A stretch of 62,672 bases of DNA, filler included, from an uncultured bacterium (GTDB taxonomy: Bacteria > CAZDME01 > JAYEMH01): assembly GCA_964506785.1 (NCBI GenBank). It is 3 parts of 3 records of this genome, joined end to end, with 100 filler letters (N's around TTAATTAATTAA, not from the genome) between each part and the next. Parts side by side here need not be neighbours in the genome. Positions count along the whole stretch, not along the records: positions 1 to 21,086 come from CAZDME010000019.1; positions 21,187 to 41,977 come from CAZDME010000020.1; 1 more part is not named here. The stretch is one strand, 5' to 3'. Below are positions 19,396 to 28,990 of the stretch, one piece after another. The notes below the pieces were generated by a model that was given only the letters and a program-made list of their open reading frames with translations, was not told the origin of the DNA and ran no database searches. Positions within the stretch are counted from its first letter, which is position 1. Every line of letters starts with the position of its first letter. The translations under genes and the position numbers were made by a program.

Positions 19396-19680
19396 TTAGG
19401 TTTTATCCAGTGACCTCTCTGTATGAGCACTATGCCTTCTAAAAATTCTCGTTTGCGAAAATTCTCCTAAATAATGGCCAACCATATCTTCGCTGACACG
19501 AACCGGTACAAATTTATTCCCGTTATGTACGGCAAAAGTATGTCCGATGAATTCAGGCATAATAACGGAGCGCCGGGACCAAGTCTTAATTGGCTTCTTG
19601 CTTCTGATACTTCCCGCTTTTTTAACCTTTTCTAAGAGTTTTTCGTCGACAAACGGTCCTTTTTTAAGAGAACGCCCCAA
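19396..19680 (-). CDS. rpsS: 30S ribosomal protein S19
   Basis: [26 protein letters not shown]. Confidence 0.98.
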   Translation of the reverse strand: MGRSLKKGPFVDEKLLEKVKKAGSIRSKKPIKTWSRRSVIMPEFIGHTFAVHNGNKFVPVRVSEDMVGHYLGEFSQTRIFRRHSAHTERSLDKT

Positions 19681-19691
19681 TTTTCCCTCCT

Positions 19692-20537
19692 TTACCCTTT
19701 CGTTTTCCTTTTCTTTTTTGGCCTTCTTTTCACGATAAAGTTTGCCGTCCTTTTATTCTGGCGGCTCCTGAATCCATAAGCCGGTTTTCCCCAAGGAGAT
19801 ACCCCTGGCCTTCCGCCGGAAGCTTTCCCCTCGCCGCCGCCTAAAGGATGGTCGATTGGATTCATAGCCACCCCCCTTACCGAAGGCCTGATTCCTAACC
19901 AACGGACTCGGCCAGCTTTTCCGTAAGAAATATTTTCATGCTCTATATTTCCTACTTGTCCTATAGTGGCGTGACAATCTAAGTTGAGTAAACGAATTTC
20001 TCCAGAGGGCATTTTCACCTGGGCATACTTCCCTTCCTTCGCCATTATTTGGGCCGCCGCTCCGGCCCCGCGAGCCAACTGTCCGCCTTTATTCAACTGT
20101 AGTTCGAGGTTATGAATCATTGTTCCCAAAGGTATGTTTCTTAAAGGCAGCACATTCCCTGGATTAATTTCGGCATTATCGCTGGCAATAACTTGATCGT
20201 CAACTTTTAATCCCAGAGGAGCTAAAATATAACTCTTTCCACCGTCATTATATTGCAAAAGGGCAACCCGGGCGGATCGATTCGGATCATATTCGATGGC
20301 CATTACCTTGGCCGGCATATCGCGTTTATCCCGTTTAAAATCAATCAACCGGTAATGCCGCCGGTGCCCGCCGCCCCGATGGCGGACAGATACCCTTCCC
20401 CGGCTATCTCTGCCAGCGTGTCTTCTCAAAGGCTTAAGCAAAGACTTCTCTGGTTTCTTTTTAGTTATATCCTGAAAACTATCAATGTTTTTAAACCGCT
20501 GCCCCGGAGTTATTGCCTTATACTGTTTTAATCCCAT
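19692..20537 (-). CDS. rplB: 50S ribosomal protein L2
   Basis: [25 protein letters not shown]. Confidence 0.98.
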   Translation of the reverse strand: MGLKQYKAITPGQRFKNIDSFQDITKKKPEKSLLKPLRRHAGRDSRGRVSVRHRGGGHRRHYRLIDFKRDKRDMPAKVMAIEYDPNRSARVALLQYNDGGKSYILAPLGLKVDDQVIASDNAEINPGNVLPLRNIPLGTMIHNLELQLNKGGQLARGAGAAAQIMAKEGKYAQVKMPSGEIRLLNLDCHATIGQVGNIEHENISYGKAGRVRWLGIRPSVRGVAMNPIDHPLGGGEGKASGGRPGVSPWGKPAYGFRSRQNKRTANFIVKRRPKKKRKTKG

Positions 20538-20552
20538 TTTTTTCCTCTAAAT

Positions 20553-20632
20553 CGGAGGCCGGAAGACAGAACCCGGAAGTCAGAAAAAATCCTTTTTTTA
20601 TTCTGTTTTCTGTCATCTGTCTTCTGTGCTCT
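20553..20632. repeat. inverted pair of 7-mer arrays (CAGAAGA / TCTTCTG family)
   Basis: cggaggc cggaaga cagaacc cggaagt cagaaaa ... ttctgtt ttctgtc atctgtc ttctgtg between rplW and rplB. Confidence 0.8.
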
Positions 20633-20641
20633 TTTTTTAGT

Positions 20642-20920
20642 CTAACTAACCTCAATTTTTTCGCCTGGCTTTAAAGTAACAATTGCCTTCTTCCAGCCAG
20701 CTGTTTTCCCTTCCTGCCAACGCACCTTTTTTTTCTTCCCTTTCACCTTAAGGGTATTAACCCTGGCGACCTTCACCTTATAGATTTCTTCAACAGCCTT
20801 TTTTATCGTCACTTTATTCGCTTGGATAGAAACCTTAAATGCGTATTTATTATACGGGCCTAAATGCGACATTTTTTCGGTTATCACTAATCCTTTTACT
20901 ACCTGGTATGGGCTTTTCAT
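20642..20920 (-). CDS. rplW: 50S ribosomal protein L23
   Basis: ITEK, ANKVTIKKAVE, WKKAIVTL. Confidence 0.97.
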   Translation of the reverse strand: MKSPYQVVKGLVITEKMSHLGPYNKYAFKVSIQANKVTIKKAVEEIYKVKVARVNTLKVKGKKKKVRWQEGKTAGWKKAIVTLKPGEKIEVS

Positions 20921-21086
20921 TTATTTCCTTTAAGGTAGTGGTCTTCGTTTTTTTTAACGGGAGGAGGTTTATCCTTTGAAGCTTTGCTGAAATAAAACAG
21001 CCTTTTCTCTAAAGAGTCAAAGGCTCCTTTAGTAAAAACCAGCCGGTCGTTGTATAAAAGATCGAATGTATTATCCTGCAACCATT
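20917..21086 (-). CDS. rplD: 50S ribosomal protein L4, 3' fragment (cut by contig end)
   Basis: Hand translation NTFDLLYNDRLVFTKGAFDSLEKRL...; TGA overlaps the rplW ATG. Confidence 0.8.
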
Positions 21087-21186
21087 NNNNNNNNNNNNNN
21101 NNNNNNNNNNNNNNNNNNNNNNNNNNNNNNTTAATTAATTAANNNNNNNNNNNNNNNNNNNNNNNNNNNNNNNNNNNNNNNNNNNN
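21087..21186. other. artificial contig-join spacer
   Basis: 100-nt N run with central TTAATTAATTAA (stops in all six frames). Confidence 0.98.
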
Positions 21187-21669
21187 ATGTTAGAAGAAGT
21201 AATAATCCGCCATTTTCAGAATTTTATAGAAAAAAAGAAAAGGTTGCCTGAGTTATTAGTTATTGACGGCGGCCGCGGCCACCTTAACCGGGCTTTAAAT
21301 ACCTTAGGAAAGATGAAGATAGAAAATATCAGCGTTATCGCTTTAGCTAAGGAGTTTGAATATATTTATCTTCCGGGGAAAATGATGCCTATAAGCCTTC
21401 CTTTTAGTTCTTCCGGATTGGCACTTATCCAGCGTTTACGCGATGAAGCCCATCGTTTTGCCCACACATATTTTTTAAAGTTGAGAAAAAAACAGGTTTC
21501 TCTTTCAGTCCTCGATGAGATTGCCGGTATCGGCCCCCGCAAAAAAAGGGACCTTTTAAAGTTTTTTGGGTCAATCGAGATGATTAGGAAAGCAAATGTT
21601 CGAGATTTAGAGCGGGTAAAAGGCATAAATAAGTATTTAGCCAGAAGGGTAAAGCGGCATTTGAAATAA
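21187..21669 (+). CDS. uvrC: excinuclease UvrC, C-terminal part (5'-truncated)
   Basis: PELLVIDGGRGHL, IALAK, QRLRDEAHRFA, HhH IAGIGP. Confidence 0.95.
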   Translation: MLEEVIIRHFQNFIEKKKRLPELLVIDGGRGHLNRALNTLGKMKIENISVIALAKEFEYIYLPGKMMPISLPFSSSGLALIQRLRDEAHRFAHTYFLKLRKKQVSLSVLDEIAGIGPRKKRDLLKFFGSIEMIRKANVRDLERVKGINKYLARRVKRHLK

Positions 21670-21671
21670 AA

Positions 21672-21728
21672 GCAGGTAATAGGCGGCAGGGAGCAGGGAA
21701 AAACCTATAACCTCTGCTCTATAATCTG
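21672..21728. repeat. inverted 7-mer arrays (AGG/ACCT family)
   Basis: gcaggta ataggcg gcaggga gcaggga / acctata acctctg ctctata. Confidence 0.6.
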
Positions 21729-21733
21729 GATGG

Positions 21734-22210
21734 TTGGTTGAAATGTCTTTACATTATGTTCTGGACGGATATAATATTATTAAGCAAGTCCAGTTTGCCA
21801 AGTTAGCGCTAAAAGACGGGCGGAAAAGTTTAATTCGTTTTATTGAGACCTTTCGTCCACAGGGCAGCCGGCAGAACAAGATAACCGTTGTCTTTGATGG
21901 GAAGAAGGATGTATTTTCTGCCCTTTTCAAAAGCGAGGTTAAAGTAGTTTTTACCAAGGATGAAACGGCTGACCAATGGATTAAAAGGTATATTGAAAAG
22001 GCAGCCCAGCCGAAAGATTTTGTCGTCATAACTGACGATAAAGAGATAAAATTTTTTGTCCGTGCTTTAGGGGCAAAGGTTATCTCTGTCCAGGAATTTA
22101 TGGGTAAAGCGCAAAGAAAGTTTCTTCCGCCGAAAAAGGAAGAAAAAGTTCTTTCTCCCGACGAGTTACGCAAAATTACTGAAGAATTAGAAAAAATTTG
22201 GCTTCAATGA
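21734..22210 (+). CDS. NYN/YacP (Rae1)-like PIN-fold RNase
   Basis: VLDGYN, VVFDG, ETAD, VITDD motifs. Confidence 0.85.
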   Translation: MVEMSLHYVLDGYNIIKQVQFAKLALKDGRKSLIRFIETFRPQGSRQNKITVVFDGKKDVFSALFKSEVKVVFTKDETADQWIKRYIEKAAQPKDFVVITDDKEIKFFVRALGAKVISVQEFMGKAQRKFLPPKKEEKVLSPDELRKITEELEKIWLQ

Positions 22211-22251
22211 AACTGAGCGATTGAACTTTAACAGATTCTTACATCCAAATT

Positions 22252-22638
22252 ATGGCTAAAGATAAGTTGACTTTGAAAACATTGGATTTTGAAATAGAGT
22301 TTTATGAGAAGTTACTGGAAAATAATCCTGACGAAATTAGCACTCTTATTCCGCTGGGGGATGTCTATACGCAAAGAGGGCTATATGAAAAAGGCTTAGC
22401 TATTGACAAAAGGTTGGTTAATCTCCGGCCGAAGGAACCCGTTTTTTATTATAATCTTGCCTGCAGTTTCTCTCTATTAGGTAAGAAAAAAGAAGCCATT
22501 CAAGCCATTAAGCGGGCTTTTGAGCTTGGCTATCGAGATTTTGAACAGATAAAGCTGGACGGCGATTTAGATAATATTCGATATGATAATCGTTTCCGGG
22601 CCCTGCTTAAAAAACATAAACTCTCTTCAAAAGTTTAA
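22252..22638 (+). CDS. TPR protein
   Basis: LGDVYTQRG, YNLACSFSLLG, DGDLDNIR. Confidence 0.85.
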   Translation: MAKDKLTLKTLDFEIEFYEKLLENNPDEISTLIPLGDVYTQRGLYEKGLAIDKRLVNLRPKEPVFYYNLACSFSLLGKKKEAIQAIKRAFELGYRDFEQIKLDGDLDNIRYDNRFRALLKKHKLSSKV

Positions 22639-22642
22639 CATT

Positions 22643-24091
22643 ATGAAGAAACTAGAAATTTTTATCTTACTTGCCGGATTAGTATTTTTGGCAGTTTCAG
22701 CTGTGGCCGATGAACCTTTAGTTTACCCTGTTAGAAGCGAGTCAGCAGAGGCATCTCCGGCACCTTCAGTGCGGATTTCTAACAGGGTTAACCTTATAAA
22801 AATTGACGATCAGGTGATTAATCCAGTAATCGCCGAATATATTATCCAGGCGATTAACCGGGCTGAGAAAGAAGAGGCTCAATGTTTGATTATAGAGTTA
22901 GATACGCCAGGAGGGCTTCTTTCCTCGACCCGAAAGATTGTTAAGGAGTTAATGAATGCTGATCTTCCGGTGGTTGTTTATGTTGCTCCCCAGGGAGCGC
23001 GGGCTGGGTCAGCCGGTGTTTTTATCACTTTAGCCGCTCATATTGCCGCCATGGCTCCTTCAACTAACATTGGGGCGGCTCACCCGGTGCAGTTACAGGA
23101 AAAGAAATCTACCGGAGAAAGTCTCAAAGAAATAATTGAGGCGGTTTTTAAAAAGGGCTCTTCAAAAGAGTCAGAAGAAAGAAAAGAAGGGAAGGGAAAG
23201 AAGAAAGGGGTAATGGAGGAGAAGATAATTAATGACACCTTAGCCTGGGTAAGCACCATTGCTAAAAGACGGGGTAGAAATGTAGAATGGGCAAAAAAAG
23301 CGGTTAGGGAAAGTGTCTCGGCTACTGAAGACGAAGCTTTAAGCTTAAGGATAGTTAACTTTTTAGCTTCAGACGTGAACGAACTTCTTTTAAAAATCAA
23401 TGGCTTGAAGGTTTCCTTGCCTGATGGAGTCGTAACCTTAAGGACGAAGGAGGCTTTTTTAAAAACTCAGGAGATGGATTTAAGGCAGAAGATTTTAAAT
23501 GTTATTGCTAATCCTACCCTGGCTTATATTCTATTGCTTTTGGGATTTTATGGATTGCTTTTCGAATTTACCCATCCCGGTATCGGCTTTCCCGGAATTG
23601 CCGGGGCGATATCGATTATTAGCGCTTTTTATGGGCTCCAGATGTTGCCGACCAATTACGCCGGAGTGGCTTTAATCGCCCTGTCTCTTATTCTTTTTAT
23701 TGCCGAAGCACAGATGCCGGGATTTGGATTACTTGCCTTGGGGGGAGTTATTTGCATGCTGCTCGGCTCTCTTATTTTGGTTAATTCCCCTTATGAGTTT
23801 ATGTCTATTTCCCTGAAGGTCATTATTCCTTTAACTTTGGCTACCGCTTTGATTGTTGTCTTTTTGTTAGGCGCAGTTATCCGTGTCCATCGCCGGAGAA
23901 TAAGAAGTGGCCGGGAAGGTTTAATCGGGGAGGCAGGAAGAACCTTAACCCCGGTATCTTCGAATGGCAAGGTTTTTATCCACGGTGAAATCTGGAATGC
24001 CAAAAGCGAAACTCTTATTGATAAAAATAGCGAAGTTGAAATAGTAAAAATCGAGGGAATGATTATTTGGGTCAAAAAAAAGGCGCCATAA
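22643..24091 (+). CDS. nfeD: NfeD-family membrane-bound ClpP-class serine protease
   Basis: Signal peptide from ATG 22643; LDTPGG, RAGSAG, TNIGAAHP; TM helices; C-terminal OB fold (HGEIW). Confidence 0.92.
   Translation: MKKLEIFILLAGLVFLAVSAVADEPLVYPVRSESAEASPAPSVRISNRVNLIKIDDQVINPVIAEYIIQAINRAEKEEAQCLIIELDTPGGLLSSTRKIVKELMNADLPVVVYVAPQGARAGSAGVFITLAAHIAAMAPSTNIGAAHPVQLQEKKSTGESLKEIIEAVFKKGSSKESEERKEGKGKKKGVMEEKIINDTLAWVSTIAKRRGRNVEWAKKAVRESVSATEDEALSLRIVNFLASDVNELLLKINGLKVSLPDGVVTLRTKEAFLKTQEMDLRQKILNVIANPTLAYILLLLGFYGLLFEFTHPGIGFPGIAGAISIISAFYGLQMLPTNYAGVALIALSLILFIAEAQMPGFGLLALGGVICMLLGSLILVNSPYEFMSISLKVIIPLTLATALIVVFLLGAVIRVHRRRIRSGREGLIGEAGRTLTPVSSNGKVFIHGEIWNAKSETLIDKNSEVEIVKIEGMIIWVKKKAP
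22725..22788. repeat. palindromic element inserted in frame in nfeD
   Basis: Perfect 12-bp IR ACCCTGTTAGAA / TTCTAACAGGGT; reads YPVR...ISNRV. Confidence 0.8.
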
Positions 24092-24129
24092 AATGGCGTT
24101 TTTAATCTATTAACCTATGGAGGTGCAAT

Positions 24130-24900
24130 ATGAACCCAGTTTTTATTGTTTTTGGCGCGCTCATTTTATATCTCTTGAACTGTATTAAGGTTTTGAATGA
24201 ATATGAGCGGGGGGTAATTTTTCGCTTGGGGCGGGTGCTTTCTAAACCTAAGGGGCCGGGAATTATTTTTGTTTTTATTCCTATTGACCGAATGGTCCGG
24301 ATTAGCATGCGAATTGTTACTTTAGATGTCCCGCCTCAGGATATTATCACCCGCGATAATGTTTCGGTTAAGGTAAACGCTGTTGTTTATTACCGGGTTA
24401 TGGAACCCTCAAAAAGTGTTATTGAAATTGAAAACTATCATTTTGCTACTTCGCAGATGGCCCAGACAACTTTAAGAAGTGTTATTGGACAGAGTGATTT
24501 TGATGATTTGCTTTCTAAGCGGGATAAAATTAATGGCGAACTGCAAAGTATTTTAGACCGGCAGACTGATCCCTGGGGGATAAAAGTTTCGACGGTGGAG
24601 ATAAAACATGTGGACATAACCGAGGAATTAAGACGGGCTATGGCCCGGCAGGCCGAGGCCGAAAGAGAAAGAAGAGGAAAGGTTATCGCCGCTGAGGGAG
24701 AGTATCAAGCGGCAGAAAAATTGGTTCAGGCGGCGGGAAAGATGCAGGATTATCCTATGTCCCTTCAGATGCGCTATCTACAAACTCTGGTCGAAATTGC
24801 TTCTGAAAATAATTCAACCATAGTTTTTCCTCTGCCCATAGATTTAATGCAAGCTTTTGTTGGGAAAATGGCCAATAAAAAGAACGTTCGTAAAGGATAG
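24130..24900 (+). CDS. SPFH/band 7 stomatin-like protein
   Basis: [36 protein letters not shown]; paired with nfeD. Confidence 0.95.
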   Translation: MNPVFIVFGALILYLLNCIKVLNEYERGVIFRLGRVLSKPKGPGIIFVFIPIDRMVRISMRIVTLDVPPQDIITRDNVSVKVNAVVYYRVMEPSKSVIEIENYHFATSQMAQTTLRSVIGQSDFDDLLSKRDKINGELQSILDRQTDPWGIKVSTVEIKHVDITEELRRAMARQAEAERERRGKVIAAEGEYQAAEKLVQAAGKMQDYPMSLQMRYLQTLVEIASENNSTIVFPLPIDLMQAFVGKMANKKNVRKG

Positions 24901-24903
24901 GCA

Positions 24904-25101
24904 ATAAAAAAAGAATTTTTCGATGTAATTATCGTGACTCCGGGCATACTTGGTTGTGAGGCGGCTTTGGCGTGCGCCTGGTCAGGTTGCCGAAGCTTAT
25001 TGCTTACCCTTGATTTGGATATTAGTGCCTTAATGTTCTGTAATCCGGCTGTGAAATTAGGTTTAAAGCGGGGGAATAGGTGGGTGAGATTAAGGAGGTA
25101 A
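24904..25101 (+). pseudogene. mnmG: degenerate 5' remnant of mnmG (gidA)
   Basis: Hand translation from [53 protein letters not shown]. This matches the MnmG N-terminus (FDVIVVGGGHAGCEAALA...MSCNPAIGG) with a broken FAD loop and stops after 65 codons. Confidence 0.8.
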
Positions 25102-25607
25102 AGTTAGCCAAGCTGGTTATCGGTATTTTTGGGGTCGACTTTTCTCTGGTTAAGCCAGCCGAAGAGAAATTAGTTAAAAAATTCAAAAGGATAGATTACG
25201 AATCTCATATTCTTTCTTTTGATATCACTGATTATTATCAGGCGGAAATGGGAAGTAATCTTAAACGTAAATTTTATGCTTTTGAAAGGTTAATCTCTCC
25301 CAATTTGCTTCCCCGGATAAAAATTTTTACCAATCGGCTCGAGAAAAAACTGGCAAAAAGAAACGGTCAGCGCCAGTTCAATATAGACCCCGGATATCTA
25401 ACGCTCTCTAAGTTTGTTTTGGCGACAACTAAAGATTATAGTCATCGGTTATATCTAAATAAGGGAATTTATGCCGAGGTAACTTTAAAATTTAAAGATG
25501 AGACCTTCCAGCCTTGGGAATGGACCTATCCCGATTACCGCCAGAAGGAATATCTTGAAATTTTTAATAAAATCCGTAAAATATATAAGGAGCAGCTAAA
25601 GCGGTAA
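25080..25607 (+). CDS. DUF4416-family protein
   Basis: [35 protein letters not shown]. Confidence 0.85.
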   Translation: MGEIKEVKLAKLVIGIFGVDFSLVKPAEEKLVKKFKRIDYESHILSFDITDYYQAEMGSNLKRKFYAFERLISPNLLPRIKIFTNRLEKKLAKRNGQRQFNIDPGYLTLSKFVLATTKDYSHRLYLNKGIYAEVTLKFKDETFQPWEWTYPDYRQKEYLEIFNKIRKIYKEQLKR

Positions 25608-25675
25608 TAGCTTAAGTCAAATATCAAAATGGCATATAAAAGCGCAAAGATAGAAAGCTATTCTTTAAAAGGGAG

Positions 25676-25942
25676 GTGAAAAAAATGGAGGAGAAAAAGA
25701 TTGGTGAAGTCACTCATTACTTTAGCAATATTGGCGTTGCGATTATAAAAATTGATAAAGAAGGGTTGAAGATTGGTGATACCATCCATATTAAAGGGTA
25801 TACTTCAGATTTCAGCCAAAAAATAGAGTCGATGCAGATTGAACATAAATCGGTTACTGAAGCTAAAGTGAAGGATGAAGTTGGTCTAAAGGTTAAAGAA
25901 CATGCCCGGGAAAAAGATGAGGTTTTCAAGGCAACTGCTTGA
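25676..25942 (+). CDS. small EF-Tu domain-2-like beta-barrel protein
   Basis: IGEVTHYFSNIGVA, LKIGDTIHIKG, SMQIEH. Confidence 0.8.
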   Translation: MKKMEEKKIGEVTHYFSNIGVAIIKIDKEGLKIGDTIHIKGYTSDFSQKIESMQIEHKSVTEAKVKDEVGLKVKEHAREKDEVFKATA

Positions 25943-25957
25943 GAAAGCCTTAAAAGT

Positions 25958-26440
25958 CTAATTATTTTTGCTTAGTTTTTTGACTAATTTGGCTACCCGG
26001 CGCCCTAAGTCCAGACATTCGGCCTCTGCTCTTTTGTCGGGCTGATTGATACTAACGGGGCCATAATGGTCGCCGGAACTTGTGCCTTGAATAATCATTC
26101 CGTGAATCAAAAAAGCTTGAAGCAGTCCTAAAATGGTTGTTTCATTACCGCCGCCGATATTGGCTGAAGAACTGAAAGCAGCGGCTATTTTTCCTTCCAG
26201 TTGACCGTGTAATTTAACACTTTCGTCGAGTAATTTTTTTATCGCCGAACTGGGCTGCCCGTAATAAGTTGGAGAACCAATAATAACCCCCTGGTGTTCT
26301 TTGAGGTCTTCTAACTTTGTTTCCTCAATTTTTTTTATTCGACAGGAAATTTTTTCTTTTTCGACTCCTCTGCCGATAAATTCCGCCATTTTAGCGGTAT
26401 TGCCGGTTTGGCTGTCATAGATGATTATAATCTTAGGCAT
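25958..26440 (-). CDS. flavodoxin / WrbA-like FMN protein
   Basis: YDSQTGNTAKMA from ATG 26440; GSPTYYG; GGNETT. Confidence 0.9.
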   Translation of the reverse strand: MPKIIIIYDSQTGNTAKMAEFIGRGVEKEKISCRIKKIEETKLEDLKEHQGVIIGSPTYYGQPSSAIKKLLDESVKLHGQLEGKIAAAFSSSANIGGGNETTILGLLQAFLIHGMIIQGTSSGDHYGPVSINQPDKRAEAECLDLGRRVAKLVKKLSKNN

Positions 26441-26611
26441 AGATTTCCCCCTTTCACTTATTAGGCTTTCATTATACCAATCGCTGAAGGTTTGGCAAGA
26501 CAAAAAAGAGGCAATAAATAAATAGACAAAGGAATCCTTATTTGATATAAACAGCAGGGAAATCTCATAAGCGGCTATCCGGTTTTTTCTAATTGGGCCA
26601 AGCCTTAATAT

Positions 26612-27454
26612 TTGGTTAAGGAAATGTATAGAATTGTTAAAAAAGAAAATTTAGCTCCAGACATAGAGAAATTTCTCATTGATGCTCCGCTTATCGCCCG
26701 GGCCGCTCAGCCGGGACAGTTTGTTATTCTCCATCTCTTTGAAGGGGGAGAAAGATTTCCCTTGACTATTGTCTCCACCGTCCCTGAAGAGGGATTAATC
26801 GAAATTATCTCCCAGCGGGTAGGCAAGAGTACCGAAGCATTGGCTGTTTTAAAAGCAGGTGATTTCATTCGGGATATAGCCGGTCCTTTGGGTAATCCCA
26901 GCGAAATAAAGAAATATGGGCGGGTGGTGGTTATTGGTGGCGGGGTGGGGATTGCTCCTCTTTTGCCTATCAGCCGGGCCTGGAAGAAAACCGGTAATGA
27001 AATTACGGCTATTTTAGGGGCGCGTTCGAGGAATTTGTTATTTTTTGTGGAGGAATTTAAAAAGATAGCCCAGATTGTCTATCTTACAACCGATGATGGC
27101 AGCCTGGGTAAAAAGGGATTTGTTACTGATGTTCTTAAAACGCTCATTGCTGAGAAAAAAAAGATTCATAAGGTAATGGCCATCGGGCCGGTAGTGATGA
27201 TGAAAGCTGTCAGTGAATTAACCAGGAAAAATAATATATCCACTACGGTTAGCCTCAATCCCATTATGATTGATGGCACAGGGATGTGCGGGGGGTGCCG
27301 CTGTCTGGTTAAAGGGGAAAGCAAATTTGCCTGTATCCATGGGCCCGAGTTTGATGCCCACCAGGTTGATTTCAATCTCCTTATTCGCCGGCAGAATATG
27401 TTTTTGGAAGAGGAAAAGATTGCCCGGGAAAGATTCAAAGAAGGCAGGGGATAA
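26612..27454 (+). CDS. nfnA: electron-bifurcating transhydrogenase small subunit (NfnA/SudB)
   Basis: PGQFV, GPLG, GGGVG, DGTGMCGGCR...C [2Fe-2S] motif. Confidence 0.9.
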   Translation: MVKEMYRIVKKENLAPDIEKFLIDAPLIARAAQPGQFVILHLFEGGERFPLTIVSTVPEEGLIEIISQRVGKSTEALAVLKAGDFIRDIAGPLGNPSEIKKYGRVVVIGGGVGIAPLLPISRAWKKTGNEITAILGARSRNLLFFVEEFKKIAQIVYLTTDDGSLGKKGFVTDVLKTLIAEKKKIHKVMAIGPVVMMKAVSELTRKNNISTTVSLNPIMIDGTGMCGGCRCLVKGESKFACIHGPEFDAHQVDFNLLIRRQNMFLEEEKIARERFKEGRG

Positions 27455-28849
27455 ATGGCTAAAATTCAATCTCAGGTTAAAATGAAAGAGCAAAAAATCT
27501 CGGAGCGGATTAAGAATTTTTCTGAAGTCCCTCTGGGCTATAATGAAGAGGAAGCCGTTCAGGAAGCCAGCCGCTGTCTTCAGTGCCGCCAGGCCCCCTG
27601 CATTAAAGGTTGTCCGGTCTCTATTAATATACCCGAATTTATCCGTTTGGCCAGAGAAAGAAAATTTTTAGAGTCAGCCCGACTTATCAAAGAAGCTAAT
27701 AGTTTACCAGCCATTTGCGGGCGGGTCTGCCCTCAGGAAGAGCAGTGTGAAAAGGCTTGTGTTTTGAATAAGCAGAAAAAAGCCATTGCCATTGGCTATT
27801 TAGAAAGGTTTGTTTCTGATTATGAAAGAGACAGAAAGAAAATTTATATTCCCGAGATAAAGGTTAGGAAAAATGAAAAAATTGCTATAGTCGGTTCCGG
27901 CCCTTCCGGCTTAACCTGCGCCGGCGAGTTGAAAAAGATGGGTTATTCAGTGACTGTTTTCGAAGGATTGCACCGGGGCGGTGGCGTTTTAAGTTACGGT
28001 ATCCCCGAATTTCGTTTGCCCAAAGAAATTGTCCGGCAGGAAATTGAATATATAAAGCGCTTAGGCGTGGAGATAAAGTACAACATGGTTATTGGCAAAC
28101 TTTACACGGTTGATGAATTATTGGAGCAGGGTTTTTCCGCCGTTTATATTGCTGCCGGAGCCGGTTACCCTAGTTTCATGGGTATCCCCGGGGAAAACCT
28201 CAATTATATCTATTCCTCTAATGAATTTTTGACCAGAATTAATTTAATGAAAGCATATCGTTTCCCGCAATATGATACCCCGATAAAAATTGGGAGAAAG
28301 GTTGCCGTTATTGGCGGCGGAAATACGGCAATGGATAGTGCCCGTTCTGCTTTAAGGCTGAAGCCAGGAAAAGTTTATTTAATTTACCGCCGTTCCCGCG
28401 AGGAAATGCCGGCCCGAATTGAAGAAAGCCACCGGGCCGAAGAGGAAGGTGTAAAGTTCCATCTCCTCACTTTGCCTGTTGAATTTCTGGACGATGAAAA
28501 AGGTAATGTCCGGGTGATGCGCTGCCAGAAAATGAAATTGGGTGAGAAAGATTCCAGCGGCCGCAGACGCCCGATTGCCATTCCCGGGACTGAATTTGAA
28601 ATTGAAGTAGATTCAGTGGTAGTAGCTATTGGCACCCAGGCTAATCCCTTGGTTGCCGCCGCCACAAAAAATCTAAAAACTAATAAATGGGGATACATTA
28701 TTGTTGATGAGTTTGGACGGACCAGCCGGCCGGAGGTTTTTGCCGGAGGTGACATTGTCAGCGGTTCAGCTACGGTAATTGCCGCTATGGGCGTGGCCAG
28801 GAAAGCCGCTCAAGCAATTGATCGATATCTTAAGGAGAAAAGAGGGTAA
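27455..28849 (+). CDS. nfnB: electron-bifurcating transhydrogenase large subunit (NfnB/SudA, GltD-like)
   Basis: RCLQC..PC..GCP, CGRVCPQEEQCE, GSGPSG, GGGNTAMD; directly follows nfnA. Confidence 0.9.
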   Translation: MAKIQSQVKMKEQKISERIKNFSEVPLGYNEEEAVQEASRCLQCRQAPCIKGCPVSINIPEFIRLARERKFLESARLIKEANSLPAICGRVCPQEEQCEKACVLNKQKKAIAIGYLERFVSDYERDRKKIYIPEIKVRKNEKIAIVGSGPSGLTCAGELKKMGYSVTVFEGLHRGGGVLSYGIPEFRLPKEIVRQEIEYIKRLGVEIKYNMVIGKLYTVDELLEQGFSAVYIAAGAGYPSFMGIPGENLNYIYSSNEFLTRINLMKAYRFPQYDTPIKIGRKVAVIGGGNTAMDSARSALRLKPGKVYLIYRRSREEMPARIEESHRAEEEGVKFHLLTLPVEFLDDEKGNVRVMRCQKMKLGEKDSSGRRRPIAIPGTEFEIEVDSVVVAIGTQANPLVAAATKNLKTNKWGYIIVDEFGRTSRPEVFAGGDIVSGSATVIAAMGVARKAAQAIDRYLKEKRG

Positions 28850-28864
28850 TGTTTTTTCAATTCC

Positions 28865-28892
28865 TTGACATTAATTTATTTTCCTCTATAAT
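28865..28892 (+). promoter_or_regulatory. sigma70 promoter of the purF-like gene
   Basis: TTGACA-16 nt-TATAAT. Confidence 0.75.
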
Positions 28893-28990
28893 ATCTACTG
28901 GATAGTTTTATGAACCGAGGAAAGCCGCCACCTAGCAACTTCCACCTACGCGGTGGAGGACGGAAGTAAGAGAAAAAGGAGAAAAAATAG

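Noticed and set aside
21087-21186. TTAATTAATTAA palindrome within N runs (also 41978-42077)
   Set aside because: Artificial contig linker. It is not biological, and gene adjacency across it carries no information.
27455-28849. Glutamate synthase small subunit (gltD)
   Set aside because: No gltB is adjacent, and pairing with an NfnA-type gene indicates NfnB.
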